Below are positions 39,133 through 49,584 of a DNA stretch of 64,000 bases, piece by piece. The notes under the pieces are model-generated. The model saw only the letters and a list, made by a program, of their open reading frames with translations, made no database searches and had not been told where the DNA came from. Position 1 is the stretch's first letter. Every line of letters begins with the position of its first letter. The DNA comes from a virus (Duplodnaviria; Caudoviricetes), in the IMG/VR virus record IMGVR_UViG_3300032007_000015, one strand, 5' to 3'. The translations under genes and the position numbers were made by a program.

Positions 39133-40494
39133 TTATAATTCAAGGTCAGCTTCAATTTCTTCAAAATCAGTATATAATCTAAATCCCAAATTTCTATCTT
39201 TTTGGATTATTATGAAATGAGATGATTCATCTTCGTTAGTATTAATTGAAATACCTATAGCATCAATGAATCCTTCTAACTGGAATAACATAAATATTTC
39301 ATCGTCATATTTCACAAAATATCTGTTATTTCCATCATTTGTTATTAATAGCAAATTTGGTAATTTTAATTCATATGTGATAAATGTAATATTATTATCT
39401 GATAATGTAAACGATAGATTTACATCTTTTTTAATATATTTTTTGATATAATCAGATGTATATTGATTAAATGCTTTTATTATATCAAAAGATTCATCTT
39501 TACTTAATTTCATATTACCATATAATATAGTATGGTTATAATCTATTACATTTGTTTTCGATTCTTCATTATAGCCTGAATTAATTGTATTATCTTTATG
39601 ATTAATCATATATTTAGTAAACTTTTCAAAGTTATCTGATTTTATAGATTTAAATATATCTAATATTTCTATAAAATCAATTTTCTTATTGATAAGGTCC
39701 ATATATTTTGCACGTATTAATTCAGTAACTCCTTCACCGTATTTATTTTCAAATATTAAAAATATTAATTCTGGATCAGAATGTATATTCATTTCCTGAT
39801 ATAAAATATACACCAATGATGCTAATATATCTATTGATTTATCAATCTCTATTACTATTTTATTTTCCATAATATATCTAATCATATCTAATATAATGCA
39901 ATGGAATGAATAATGAGATTTGTTTTCATTATCAGTTTTTTTATCTAATATAAAATCATTATATGCTTCAACTCCATTTGATTTAAATGGAAGAATTTCA
40001 AATAATAAAAATGAACTCAATGTACTATAATAAAATGAATTATCATTTTTTATTCTATCTGATATTGATGTAATTGTCATATCAGCATATGTAAACAAAT
40101 CTACTAATTGTTCATATGTATATGCTGTTGTCAATAATATTTTTCTAATACAAGGCAATAATATATTATCATGTACACCGGTTTTAGTATTAGATATACT
40201 ATTTAATGAATCAATATATATACTATATTTCTTTCTAATATTTATATTATCCAATGATGATATACATTCTATTCTTCTTTTATTGAATCCATTTATATAT
40301 TTATCAAAATTTATACCACAATTATTATTGTAATATAATTTAGTGCCATTGATATTAAAAATATTTTCAATTATAAAATCCATATTTAATTTAATAGCAA
40401 CTTTTAATGAATTTGGTAAACATTCATAATGATTTAATAAAGGTAATAAATCGTTTGTATGAGTTTTTATTATTTCACTAAAATTATTATTCAT
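39133..40494 (-). CDS. Hypothetical protein
   Basis: 453-aa ORF with SD. Confidence 0.7.
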   Translation of the reverse strand: MNNNFSEIIKTHTNDLLPLLNHYECLPNSLKVAIKLNMDFIIENIFNINGTKLYYNNNCGINFDKYINGFNKRRIECISSLDNINIRKKYSIYIDSLNSISNTKTGVHDNILLPCIRKILLTTAYTYEQLVDLFTYADMTITSISDRIKNDNSFYYSTLSSFLLFEILPFKSNGVEAYNDFILDKKTDNENKSHYSFHCIILDMIRYIMENKIVIEIDKSIDILASLVYILYQEMNIHSDPELIFLIFENKYGEGVTELIRAKYMDLINKKIDFIEILDIFKSIKSDNFEKFTKYMINHKDNTINSGYNEESKTNVIDYNHTILYGNMKLSKDESFDIIKAFNQYTSDYIKKYIKKDVNLSFTLSDNNITFITYELKLPNLLLITNDGNNRYFVKYDDEIFMLFQLEGFIDAIGISINTNEDESSHFIIIQKDRNLGFRLYTDFEEIEADLEL

Positions 40495-40514
40495 TCATTC
40501 TAAACCTACCTTTC

Positions 40515-41312
40515 TTATAGCATTACAATTTTATTCGGTTTGCCATTATTATCAATATCTTGTTTCTTTGCTTCTTCTAAATATTTAAAGAATAAATAAT
40601 GATTTTTATTAGTAATTTTCAAGTAATTAAATGTATTTGAATTAGATTTCATTACATCATCTTTTAACTTTTCTTTCATTTTATCAACTGCTTGAATTTT
40701 TGGATGATTATTCGGATTATCTCCACCATCTTTAATCTCTATTTCTAAATTAAGTGATGGAATATATACATCAGGAAAATAAAAATGTTTTTTATTTTCA
40801 TATATATAATAATACGTATGGGGTGATGGAGTAAATATATCTTCAGGATCCATATCCATTACATTATCAAGAAATTCTAAAAAACTTTTTTCGTATGAGC
40901 CAGTATAGCTAAATTCATGAACTCTATCACTCCATAAGTATGTGCCACTTATTTTTCTTTTAGCTAACATAATTCTTTGTTGTTCTGGATCATTAAGTAA
41001 TGTCGTTTGCCCATATTTTCCAACCATTCTTTTCTTAAAAGTTTCAGCATATTTTTTTTTACATTCGGGTGAACCGCAAAATCTATTATATTTATTTGTA
41101 GATGTATTCCAAGTTGTTGGTTTACCACATATAACACAATTACCGTGTTTTTTACCTGTATTTAAATAAAATATAAATTGTCGTGCAGTCATATTTGGAA
41201 TCATCATATCTTTATGTTTGCTTTCCATATGAGAAGCATAATCATCTATATCATAATAAAATTTATCACAATATTTACAATTAATTCTTCGTTTTCCCAT
41301 TTTATTTGTCAC
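40515..41312 (-). CDS. Zn-finger PD-(D/E)xK nuclease (TnsA-like / T4 gp4 head-completion-like)
   Basis: C2H2 finger, CxxC...C....C, GSYEKSF, YFPDVY...IEIKD; next to baseplate genes. Confidence 0.65.
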   Translation of the reverse strand: MTNKMGKRRINCKYCDKFYYDIDDYASHMESKHKDMMIPNMTARQFIFYLNTGKKHGNCVICGKPTTWNTSTNKYNRFCGSPECKKKYAETFKKRMVGKYGQTTLLNDPEQQRIMLAKRKISGTYLWSDRVHEFSYTGSYEKSFLEFLDNVMDMDPEDIFTPSPHTYYYIYENKKHFYFPDVYIPSLNLEIEIKDGGDNPNNHPKIQAVDKMKEKLKDDVMKSNSNTFNYLKITNKNHYLFFKYLEEAKKQDIDNNGKPNKIVML

Positions 41313-41331
41313 CTCTTTCTTTTGAAAACTT

Positions 41332-41344
41332 TTATTTTATTGTT
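41332..41344 (-). promoter_or_regulatory. Late promoter motif AACA-N6-TAA
   Basis: AACAATAAAATAA. Confidence 0.55.
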
Positions 41345-41423
41345 TTTATATGCTTTATAATTTATTTTTATATTAAACACATATGATTAAGGTAAAAATA
41401 CTTAAAAGGTAGGTGATTAACGA

Positions 41424-41858
41424 ATGAAATCATTTAACGAACCAATGTTTGGTGTTAATGATTTTAATGAACCAAAAATAATAAAAGATTATGATGCAAT
41501 TGCTGTTGCTGTACTTTTGATTCTTTTTGGTAAACCTGGATGCCATCCATCAATCCCGCAATTAGGTATGAATATTCAACAATATTTATATTCTTTTTAT
41601 GATGAAATTGATGTTAATAGTATTCGAGCATCATTGATATATCAATGTACATTATTATCGTCAACTATTGATAGTAATGGAATAGCAGTGTATAAAGAAG
41701 TATCAGATGATAAACCGTTATTATTAATCCAAATACCTATAAATTATAGAAAAGATCAAAATCAATTAATCATTGGTGTTACAACAAACGCTAATGGTTC
41801 TGTAGCTTATAATTATAAAATAATGGCTCAGAGATTTGCAGACAATTTAAATTTATAA
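41424..41858 (+). CDS. Baseplate wedge protein, gp25-like
   Basis: 144 aa; PGxxPxxPxLGxNIxxYLY motif. Confidence 0.7.
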   Translation: MKSFNEPMFGVNDFNEPKIIKDYDAIAVAVLLILFGKPGCHPSIPQLGMNIQQYLYSFYDEIDVNSIRASLIYQCTLLSSTIDSNGIAVYKEVSDDKPLLLIQIPINYRKDQNQLIIGVTTNANGSVAYNYKIMAQRFADNLNL

Positions 41859-41927
41859 TATCAATTACTAATTTATAACGAAATATATAGAAAGGAAAAG
41901 TTATATTAAATTATAACAGGAAAAAAT

Positions 41928-43622
41928 ATGACAGATAATAATATTACAAAAAATGAACAAAATACTGTTGATACAGAATCACCAGTTGTAAGTACTGATA
42001 ATTCAATTGATTTAACATCATTTATGTCAGATGTAAATACTAATACTTCAGAAGAAACTTTATCACCTCTTGATAAAGCAGCAAAAGAATCTCCTAAAAT
42101 TTTAGGAGAAGTTGGTAATACAGATGAAATTATTAAAGATGCAGGTCCTAAAGTTTTTAAGAATGCTGTATTTAACGAAGAACGTGAAGCAGAGTTCAAT
42201 GAAAAAAATAATGAACTTAAAGATTTGTCTGAACGTGCAAAACATGTTCATATAGTTGTAAAGCCAACCCATCAAATTGAAGATGCTGAAATGATGGATG
42301 AATTATCAAAACTTATTAAAAATCCAGATGGTACATATAGTTTTCCAGAAGGATATGAAGGAAAGTATGTTGTTCCATATACAAAAGAGGAACTTGAAAA
42401 GGTTAATAGTGGCGAAAAAGTTGAAGCTATTAATCCTAATATAGTTAATAAATCTACAGAAAACGAAGATTCTGATTCAGATGAAGATGATGAAAAACGA
42501 GAAATTGTTAAAATCATTATTGATAAAACTGGATTAGGAAACAACATAACGTTTGATGATGAAGAAAATAAATATATTGAAAAATCAGAAGAAATTCATA
42601 TTGTAGAAGTTGAAAGTAAAGAATTAGAGACTATTGTATATGATAGAACTGAAGATGGAGATTCATTCTTAGATAATATTGATAAATATCAGTTATCTGT
42701 ATCTAAAACTCCTATGGTATTTCCAGGTTCAGGATTCAAAGCTGATATGACAGGATTATCATATGGTGATTTTGCTGATATTACTCTTGATGTTAGTGAT
42801 GATTCTGAAGATGCATTAGACTTTGATAAAATGTATAAGAAACTCACAGTTATCTATAATAATATGATTAATATTTCTTGTGGTAAATTTGCTTCATTTA
42901 CAGAATTCCTTAAGAATTTTGCGTTTATTGATTTACCACTTGCTACATTTGGTTTACTGATTTCAACACAACCAGAAACAGATACAGTTGGATTAAAATG
43001 TAATAATGAAACTTGTGGAAAGCAGTTTAATTATAAATATAATATAAGAAGTCTTATTGACTTTAATAGTGCTTCCAATAAATATCTTGAAGCTGTTAAA
43101 CAAATAACAACTTGCCCACCAGAAGAATATGTTAATTTACACAATTCATCATTAGTAAGAAGAACAAAGAGTATAAAATTACCACATTGTGGATATGTAA
43201 TCGATTTTGGTCTCGCATCTTGCTATGATTATTTATATGGATTGATTTCAGTTCTTAATGAATATAGAGAAGCTAATATGGGTGATGATGATATTAGAAA
43301 TATTCTTATTACACTTGTAACTACTGTTAGAGGAATTCGTATTCCACAAAAAGATGGTAAGTATATTAAATTTACTGATGCAAAAGATATTATTGAAATT
43401 ATGGCTAGACAAATTCCGCCACAAGATATGCAAGTTATCTATAATATTCATGGTCAGTTCCTTGAAAGATATGAAATTGAATTTAATATAAGAGATATTA
43501 AGTGCCCTCATTGTGGAGCTCAAACAAAGTCAATTCCAATGACTCCTGATGAACTGGTTTTTCTCACCCATCAACGTATGTTGAATACTCCGATAACGCT
43601 AGACAATTTTCTAGATTTCTAG
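41928..43622 (+). CDS. Baseplate hub assembly / tail chaperone-like protein (T4 gp26/gp51-like)
   Basis: Acidic N-terminus, CxxxxC and C-terminal IKCPHCG motifs; follows the gp25-like gene. Confidence 0.55.
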   Translation: MTDNNITKNEQNTVDTESPVVSTDNSIDLTSFMSDVNTNTSEETLSPLDKAAKESPKILGEVGNTDEIIKDAGPKVFKNAVFNEEREAEFNEKNNELKDLSERAKHVHIVVKPTHQIEDAEMMDELSKLIKNPDGTYSFPEGYEGKYVVPYTKEELEKVNSGEKVEAINPNIVNKSTENEDSDSDEDDEKREIVKIIIDKTGLGNNITFDDEENKYIEKSEEIHIVEVESKELETIVYDRTEDGDSFLDNIDKYQLSVSKTPMVFPGSGFKADMTGLSYGDFADITLDVSDDSEDALDFDKMYKKLTVIYNNMINISCGKFASFTEFLKNFAFIDLPLATFGLLISTQPETDTVGLKCNNETCGKQFNYKYNIRSLIDFNSASNKYLEAVKQITTCPPEEYVNLHNSSLVRRTKSIKLPHCGYVIDFGLASCYDYLYGLISVLNEYREANMGDDDIRNILITLVTTVRGIRIPQKDGKYIKFTDAKDIIEIMARQIPPQDMQVIYNIHGQFLERYEIEFNIRDIKCPHCGAQTKSIPMTPDELVFLTHQRMLNTPITLDNFLDF

Positions 43623-43810
43623 ACGATATATTATCTTTGTTTAAAGGTGAATTATCACTTGATGATATATTGTATAGACTTCCATATAAACGTTTATATG
43701 AATTAAAAGAGTCTAGACAAGAGAAATTGATAAAAGAAAGTAAAGAACTTGAGGCTATGGAAAAAGAGCATGAAAGCGAAAATATACGTAATCGTATATT
43801 AGCACCTTAG
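43622..43810 (+). CDS. Start-less 62-codon ORF in the -1 frame, candidate frameshift extension
   Basis: DDILSLFKGELSLDDILYRLPYKRLYELKESRQEKL...RILAP*; no ATG with SD near its 5' end. Confidence 0.55.
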   Translation, partial: DDILSLFKGELSLDDILYRLPYKRLYELKESRQEKLIKESKELEAMEKEHESENIRNRILAP

Positions 43811-43853
43811 AATATTTAAATCACGAAATTTTAAATATGAAAGGGAAAATACG

Positions 43854-44162
43854 TTGATGAAAGCATCTTTAAACACATATATATCTAATTTATCAGATAA
43901 TAAATTAGATATACTAAAAGAAATAATTTTAAATAAATATAAAAAATTCATCAAATTTTATTGGTTAATTAAACCTTATAGCGATGATATAATTAATATG
44001 AAATATAATTTTAGTGATCAAAATACATTAGATACTGAAGTTACATTTAATAAAAATATTGATACTACTATAATAGAATCAGATTTGAATGAATCTGATT
44101 ATATAGTACATTGTGAAATAGAAAAAAATAAAATGAAATTAACTATAATATATGATGAATAA
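43854..44162 (+). CDS. Hypothetical protein
   Basis: 102-aa ORF with SD. Confidence 0.6.
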   Translation: MMKASLNTYISNLSDNKLDILKEIILNKYKKFIKFYWLIKPYSDDIINMKYNFSDQNTLDTEVTFNKNIDTTIIESDLNESDYIVHCEIEKNKMKLTIIYDE

Positions 44163-44212
44163 ATAAAAAAATACCACACATACTAATTTAGTATGTGTGG
44201 TATTTTTATGTA

Positions 44213-44464
44213 TTAAGATTTAGTATTTCTTAATGTTTTGATATTTTCATAACTATTTTTAAGTTCTTCCCTCATCCTATCTTGATCAGCTCGAACTTCT
44301 TCATAAGCGTTACGAATTAGCGTAACCTCATTATCAAGGCTCTGAAATATATCACTATATTCATTTGCTGTTTCAGTTACACCTTTATTATAACCAGTGT
44401 ACTTTCCAGCAACAAATGCTGCTATTGTTCCGCCTAATCCTACTGCTAAAAATGTTTTATTCAT
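44213..44464 (-). CDS. Small membrane-anchored coiled-coil protein
   Basis: Start MNKTFLAVGLGGTIAAFVAG after SD AAGGAG. Confidence 0.65.
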   Translation of the reverse strand: MNKTFLAVGLGGTIAAFVAGKYTGYNKGVTETANEYSDIFQSLDNEVTLIRNAYEEVRADQDRMREELKNSYENIKTLRNTKS

Positions 44465-44483
44465 ATGAACTCCTTTCTTATTG

Positions 44484-44508
44484 CTCGGTTTAATGTCATG
44501 AGCTGGAC
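44484..44508 (-). other. Conserved 25-nt leader element, copy 1
   Basis: 24/25 identical to 50551-50575. Confidence 0.75.
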
Positions 44509-44532
44509 TATTTATTATCTTATACAAGAAGA

Positions 44533-45063
44533 TTATATATCAATATTTTCTATATCTTCTTTAATTATTTTTGTTTCAACATGATATATACCAGATATAT
44601 TAGATTTTCCATCTTTGGATATCTGAACTGTTGATACTATTGGTATGTTTACAGTACATGCTACTTCTGCAATCTCTTTAATTAAATTTGAAATATCTTT
44701 GTCATATATTGTTTCTAGCATACTAAAGACATCAATAATCATCATATCAACTTTTTTATCTTTAACAGCTAAATCTTTAATTATTAAATATAAATCATTA
44801 GCATCTAATGATTCAAATGATCCATGATTGGCATTTAAAACCATTAAATTTAGATCATCTGAAATTGATAAATTTGATACAGTATCTTCAATCCTATTAC
44901 TTACTTCATCAGTCGTATTTTCATATGTGATATATACAATATTCTGATTTGCAGATTTTGGGCTTTGACTAAAATCTGTAATTATTTTTGTAAGAGTATT
45001 TAATCTGCTATTTTTACCAAATTGAGTCGGATAAATATACAACCCTGCTGCATATGTTTTCAT
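44533..45063 (-). CDS. Truncated RecA/DnaB-fold protein
   Basis: PTQFGKNS (degenerate Walker A), IVYITYE, MMIID (Walker B), NIPIVSTVQ. Confidence 0.55.
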   Translation of the reverse strand: MKTYAAGLYIYPTQFGKNSRLNTLTKIITDFSQSPKSANQNIVYITYENTTDEVSNRIEDTVSNLSISDDLNLMVLNANHGSFESLDANDLYLIIKDLAVKDKKVDMMIIDVFSMLETIYDKDISNLIKEIAEVACTVNIPIVSTVQISKDGKSNISGIYHVETKIIKEDIENIDI

Positions 45064-45181
45064 AATATTTTTACCTCCTTTTTGATTTTAATATATATTT
45101 TATTAGAAATACTTTTTTTTATTAAGTACATCTAATATCAAAAATATAATATATAAATATTCATCTATTTTTAGTATAGAA

Positions 45182-45194
45182 AACAATACCTTAA
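45182..45194 (+). promoter_or_regulatory. Late promoter motif AACA-N6-TAA (RNAP beta')
   Basis: AACAATACCTTAA. Confidence 0.6.
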
Positions 45195-45215
45195 ATGCTA
45201 AAGGAAGGTGATAAA

Positions 45216-48200
45216 ATGAAAATAGAAATTTTTGATACTAAGCTCTTTATAGATTTAAATAATCTAAAAGAGGTATCATCTCCCGTACTTTTTCAACGAG
45301 GAGATGTACCTGATCCTAAAGGTTTAATATCAAATGATATATTTGGTGTAAGTGTTCGTTCAAGAAAAGAAACATTTGCATATATAAAATTAAATGGTCA
45401 TTTTTTTAATCCTCACGTATATAAAGCTTTTAAACGTTTATGGAGAAATGTTGAAAGAGTTATAAATGGTGCAGAATATTATATAATAAATCAAGATGGT
45501 ACTCTTATTAAAGATGATAATGGAGAAACTGGAATAAATTTCCTATATAAGAATTGGGAACGTATAAATTGGGAACGTTCATTAGATCCTGCAAGTATAA
45601 GAAATGAACGTATTGATTTATTAACAAAATCAAAAAAGAATGAAGTTTTTACTGAATATCAAATAGTTATTCCTGCTTTTTATCGTGATATTATGCAGAA
45701 TCAAAAAGGTGGCGGAGAAACTGATAAGTTAAATCCAATGTATTCAAATCTGATTCGTATGGCAAAAATGTTAAAAGAAAGTGATATGTTTGATTTTAGT
45801 ATGTATTCAACTGTCTATAATATGCAAAATATTATGGTTGATATATATGATTATTTTAAAGATAAGTTAGATGGTAAAAATGGATTAATAAGAAAATTCT
45901 TATTAGGTAAAAATGTTGATTATTGTACTAGAACTGTTATTACTTCTCCAATATTTCATTCTAATAGACCTAGCGATATGAATGTATCTATGAGGTATGC
46001 TGGTGTACCTCTACCACAAGCTTTATCATTATGCTATCCATATGTTGTACAATGGCTTAGAACATTTTTTGATAATAATTTTAATGATTATAAAACAGGT
46101 ATTCCTGTTTATGATAGACAAACAAAACGTATAGTTGATAGTATACCGATAAAAAATCCAGAATCATATTTTAATGAAAAATTTATCAAAAATATGGTTG
46201 ATAGATATATTGATGATCCTGAATATAGATTTGAACCAATTAAATTACCAACAGAAAGTGATAAGCAATATTATTTAACATTCACTGGTAAATATTTAAC
46301 TCCCGGTGTTCCTGCTGAACATTCAAGCATTTCAAATAGATATTTAACAGTAACAGATTTACTTTATATTTGTGCTTCTGATATTGTAAAGGATAAACAC
46401 GTATTGGTTACACGTTATCCTGTAACTGATTTATATGGTGTATTTATTGCTAGAATACATTTAATTTCGACATTAAAAACTGACGTTGTAAAAATTAATG
46501 AAACTTTATATAAAGAATATCCTCATGTTGAAATTGGATGTGAGCCTGAAAAAATTGCAACTAGATTTATTGATAGTATGCAATTTTCAAATGCTTATCT
46601 TGAAGGACTTGTTGGTGATTATGATGGTGACCAAATAACATCTAAGATAATTTGGTCACAAGAAGCAAATAATGAATGTGAAAAAGTTATGAATAATGTA
46701 TCGTATTTTATAACTCCTCAAGGTAAAAATATAAGAGTAATTGGTGCTGAAGCAATTCAGACGTTCTATACAATGACAAAAGATCCACTACAAAATTCAA
46801 AAACATTATTACGAGCAGATGTAGAGAAGTTTTTAAATATGAAACCCGAAGATTTAACATTTGATAAACTTGTTGATATCTTTGGCGATAAAACAAATGA
46901 TAAGGTTAATGTTATAAAATCTAAATATTCACCAACTGATAAGATGATTTTAGAATCTAAAGATTATATCAATAAATCAAGAATTGAAACAACTTTAGGT
47001 AGATTTATATTTACTAAAATACTTATAGAAGGATGTGACTTATCTGATATAATTGGATATGTTAATGAAAACTTAACAGAAGATAAATTTAAAGCTATTG
47101 AGTCAAAGATATCTACCGCTTGCAGAGAAGGTAAATATTCTGTTGATAATATGTATAAATATATTGATACTAGAGACTGGTTAGGTTTACAATTACATTC
47201 AGTAATTACAACATCATTTACCGAAAAAGTAACAAAAATTCATCCTGAAGTAAAAAAATTAAAAGATGAATTATTTAAAAAATATCATACTGAACTTGAA
47301 AATGGAGATTATAAAGTTGCAGAAATGATAGAAAACGAATTAGTTGCTAAAACTAAAGAATTACTAAAAGACGATCCTGGATTGGATTTATATATTTCAG
47401 GTGCAAGAGGTTCCGTCGGTAATAATATGAAAAATATGTTATTAATGAGAGGAGCCGTTCTTAATTCAGTAACCGGAAAATATGAAATTGTTAAATCTGC
47501 ATTAAATGATGGTATGGAAAAAAGTGAAATACCAATGTCGTCTGATACAATTGTTCAAGGTGCATATTCTAAAGCTTGTGGAACCGCTGATAGTGGATAT
47601 TTAGCAAAGCAATTACTTGCTGGTATGCAGACAGAAGTTGTTGATGAAGAGGGTTCTGATTGCGGAACTAATAAAACACTTCATATTCATTTAACGAAAA
47701 AATTGATATCTCATTTTACTTATCGAAATATCAAAGAAGGAAATAATATTAAATTATTAACACCAGAAAATATAAATGAATATGTTGGAAAAGATATTGA
47801 TGTATATTCTCCAATGTATTGCTGTGGTGATAAATTATGTAGAAAGTGTGTTGGAAAATATCCAAATAAGTTTATCGGTCTTGATGCTTCTAAGATTGCA
47901 ACAACACTTACTAACTTAAATATGAAAAAATTCCATGATAACGTAATTAGAACTACATCATTTGATCCAAAACGTTTATTAATGATTAATAAAAAAGATA
48001 TATTTAAATCAGAAAAAAATGATATAATTCTCACAGATAAATATTGTGAGTTTTATATACCTAAAAATTATTTTGATGATTCAAATAAGTTTTCTGAAGA
48101 TTATGGTAAAACCATTCATACTATAGGTATTTTTAATGTCGGTATTTTTAATGATGGAAAACTTTCATATATTGATACGTTGGAACTTCCTTCATGGATT

Positions 48201-48722
48201 GATATATATAGATATGAATCCGAAGAACGAAACATTAATTTACCTGGTTCTCCTAATACACCTTGTTATGTATATAAATACTTTAATGGTAATCCTGTGT
48301 TTGCTAATTCACTAATTATAGATATTTTAAATGCAGAAATTTTCTTAAGATTAGTTACAAAAGGTAAACTACCTACATCTATACCTTATTCTAAATCTAT
48401 AGAAATGTGGTTAAAGAATATGGAAATAGCAGAAGTAAACTTTGGTGTTCCTTCAGTCGTACATGAAATGATTTTGGGAATTTCATATAGAGATAAAAAT
48501 GATGTTACACGTAAATTTGCTAAAGTAATAGGTATGCCAGGTTCAAAAGTATCTGAATATGATTATGTAATGGCTAGCATCCGACAGATTTGTCAGTTTA
48601 CAAATACATTTACTGCAGTAACATTTGAAGATATTGATACTATGATTACAGCAAGTATTAATAGAGAAAGAGAAAATAAACCAGAAACAAAATCTCCTGT
48701 TGAAGAGTTATTTAGAATGTAA
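45216..48722 (+). CDS. rpoC: Phage multisubunit RNA polymerase beta' subunit (probable virion RNAP)
   Basis: GLISNDIFG, LLGKNVDYCTRTVI, TRYP, catalytic GDYDGD, SGARG, bridge helix TADSGYL, Zn site DCGT..CCGDKLCRKC, trigger loop TNLNMKKFH; start probably ATG 45216 (SD AAGGTGA). Confidence 0.92.
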   Translation: MKIEIFDTKLFIDLNNLKEVSSPVLFQRGDVPDPKGLISNDIFGVSVRSRKETFAYIKLNGHFFNPHVYKAFKRLWRNVERVINGAEYYIINQDGTLIKDDNGETGINFLYKNWERINWERSLDPASIRNERIDLLTKSKKNEVFTEYQIVIPAFYRDIMQNQKGGGETDKLNPMYSNLIRMAKMLKESDMFDFSMYSTVYNMQNIMVDIYDYFKDKLDGKNGLIRKFLLGKNVDYCTRTVITSPIFHSNRPSDMNVSMRYAGVPLPQALSLCYPYVVQWLRTFFDNNFNDYKTGIPVYDRQTKRIVDSIPIKNPESYFNEKFIKNMVDRYIDDPEYRFEPIKLPTESDKQYYLTFTGKYLTPGVPAEHSSISNRYLTVTDLLYICASDIVKDKHVLVTRYPVTDLYGVFIARIHLISTLKTDVVKINETLYKEYPHVEIGCEPEKIATRFIDSMQFSNAYLEGLVGDYDGDQITSKIIWSQEANNECEKVMNNVSYFITPQGKNIRVIGAEAIQTFYTMTKDPLQNSKTLLRADVEKFLNMKPEDLTFDKLVDIFGDKTNDKVNVIKSKYSPTDKMILESKDYINKSRIETTLGRFIFTKILIEGCDLSDIIGYVNENLTEDKFKAIESKISTACREGKYSVDNMYKYIDTRDWLGLQLHSVITTSFTEKVTKIHPEVKKLKDELFKKYHTELENGDYKVAEMIENELVAKTKELLKDDPGLDLYISGARGSVGNNMKNMLLMRGAVLNSVTGKYEIVKSALNDGMEKSEIPMSSDTIVQGAYSKACGTADSGYLAKQLLAGMQTEVVDEEGSDCGTNKTLHIHLTKKLISHFTYRNIKEGNNIKLLTPENINEYVGKDIDVYSPMYCCGDKLCRKCVGKYPNKFIGLDASKIATTLTNLNMKKFHDNVIRTTSFDPKRLLMINKKDIFKSEKNDIILTDKYCEFYIPKNYFDDSNKFSEDYGKTIHTIGIFNVGIFNDGKLSYIDTLELPSWIDIYRYESEERNINLPGSPNTPCYVYKYFNGNPVFANSLIIDILNAEIFLRLVTKGKLPTSIPYSKSIEMWLKNMEIAEVNFGVPSVVHEMILGISYRDKNDVTRKFAKVIGMPGSKVSEYDYVMASIRQICQFTNTFTAVTFEDIDTMITASINRERENKPETKSPVEELFRM

Positions 48723-48742
48723 TAGAAAGGAAGTATTAAAGA

Positions 48743-49489
48743 ATGAAATTTTTTAATGAAAATACTGTAAATGATTTATTCTTCATTACAGAAAATAAAT
48801 TTATTTCTTCACTATATACAAATAATGCAGTCTTTACTGAAACTTCTATTTACGATATTGGTAAAGCAATTAGTGAATATATACAGAAAGTAATAAATGA
48901 TTTAAAAGCATTTACTAAGCATATAAAAAGTGATATCATTTCACTTGCACGTAGAAGAGAAACATTTACTAAATTAAAACAATTAAAAAAAGAATTACAA
49001 GAGCAAAAAGACTTAGGAAAAACACAAGTATTAATATTTGATTATGAAAAATATGCTAAAGAATATAACAAAATGGTTATGAGTAGTGTAAAAGAATTAT
49101 CGTCATTATTAAGAAAAAGATACACTTCTAAAGGTGATATTGAAAATGAAATGTATAAATTTGAACGTAAAATGGAAGAACGTGAAAATGATTTAGATAT
49201 TATTCTTAATACAAAAGTAACAAAGAATATTAACGATGCAATCACATATGTAGAAGAAAATCTTAACGGAACCATATCTATTGAAAAAACATTACTTGAT
49301 GCAATACATGAAATGGATAGATTAAAAATCGAATCAGAAAGGATTTTTAAGAACATAAGATTAAGTGAAGAAAATGAAATACGTTCTACATACACTGGAT
49401 GTATAAGAAGATCTGTTACTCGTTTAAGCAGGTCTTTTACAAGATCGTTTAAAAAGTTTGTAGTGCGTTCAATTTGTTTATTCGCTTAA
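48743..49489 (+). CDS. Putative internal head protein (paralog family)
   Basis: FNEN/ITEN/FTET propeptide followed by amphipathic helix. Confidence 0.5.
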   Translation: MKFFNENTVNDLFFITENKFISSLYTNNAVFTETSIYDIGKAISEYIQKVINDLKAFTKHIKSDIISLARRRETFTKLKQLKKELQEQKDLGKTQVLIFDYEKYAKEYNKMVMSSVKELSSLLRKRYTSKGDIENEMYKFERKMEERENDLDIILNTKVTKNINDAITYVEENLNGTISIEKTLLDAIHEMDRLKIESERIFKNIRLSEENEIRSTYTGCIRRSVTRLSRSFTRSFKKFVVRSICLFA

Positions 49490-49584
49490 AAATCTTTTTT
49501 CTTTTTCCTTTTTATATATATATTATGGATATGATAGTATTCGTTAAAGAAGAGAACTAGGTTAATCCCTAGTTCTCTTCTTTA

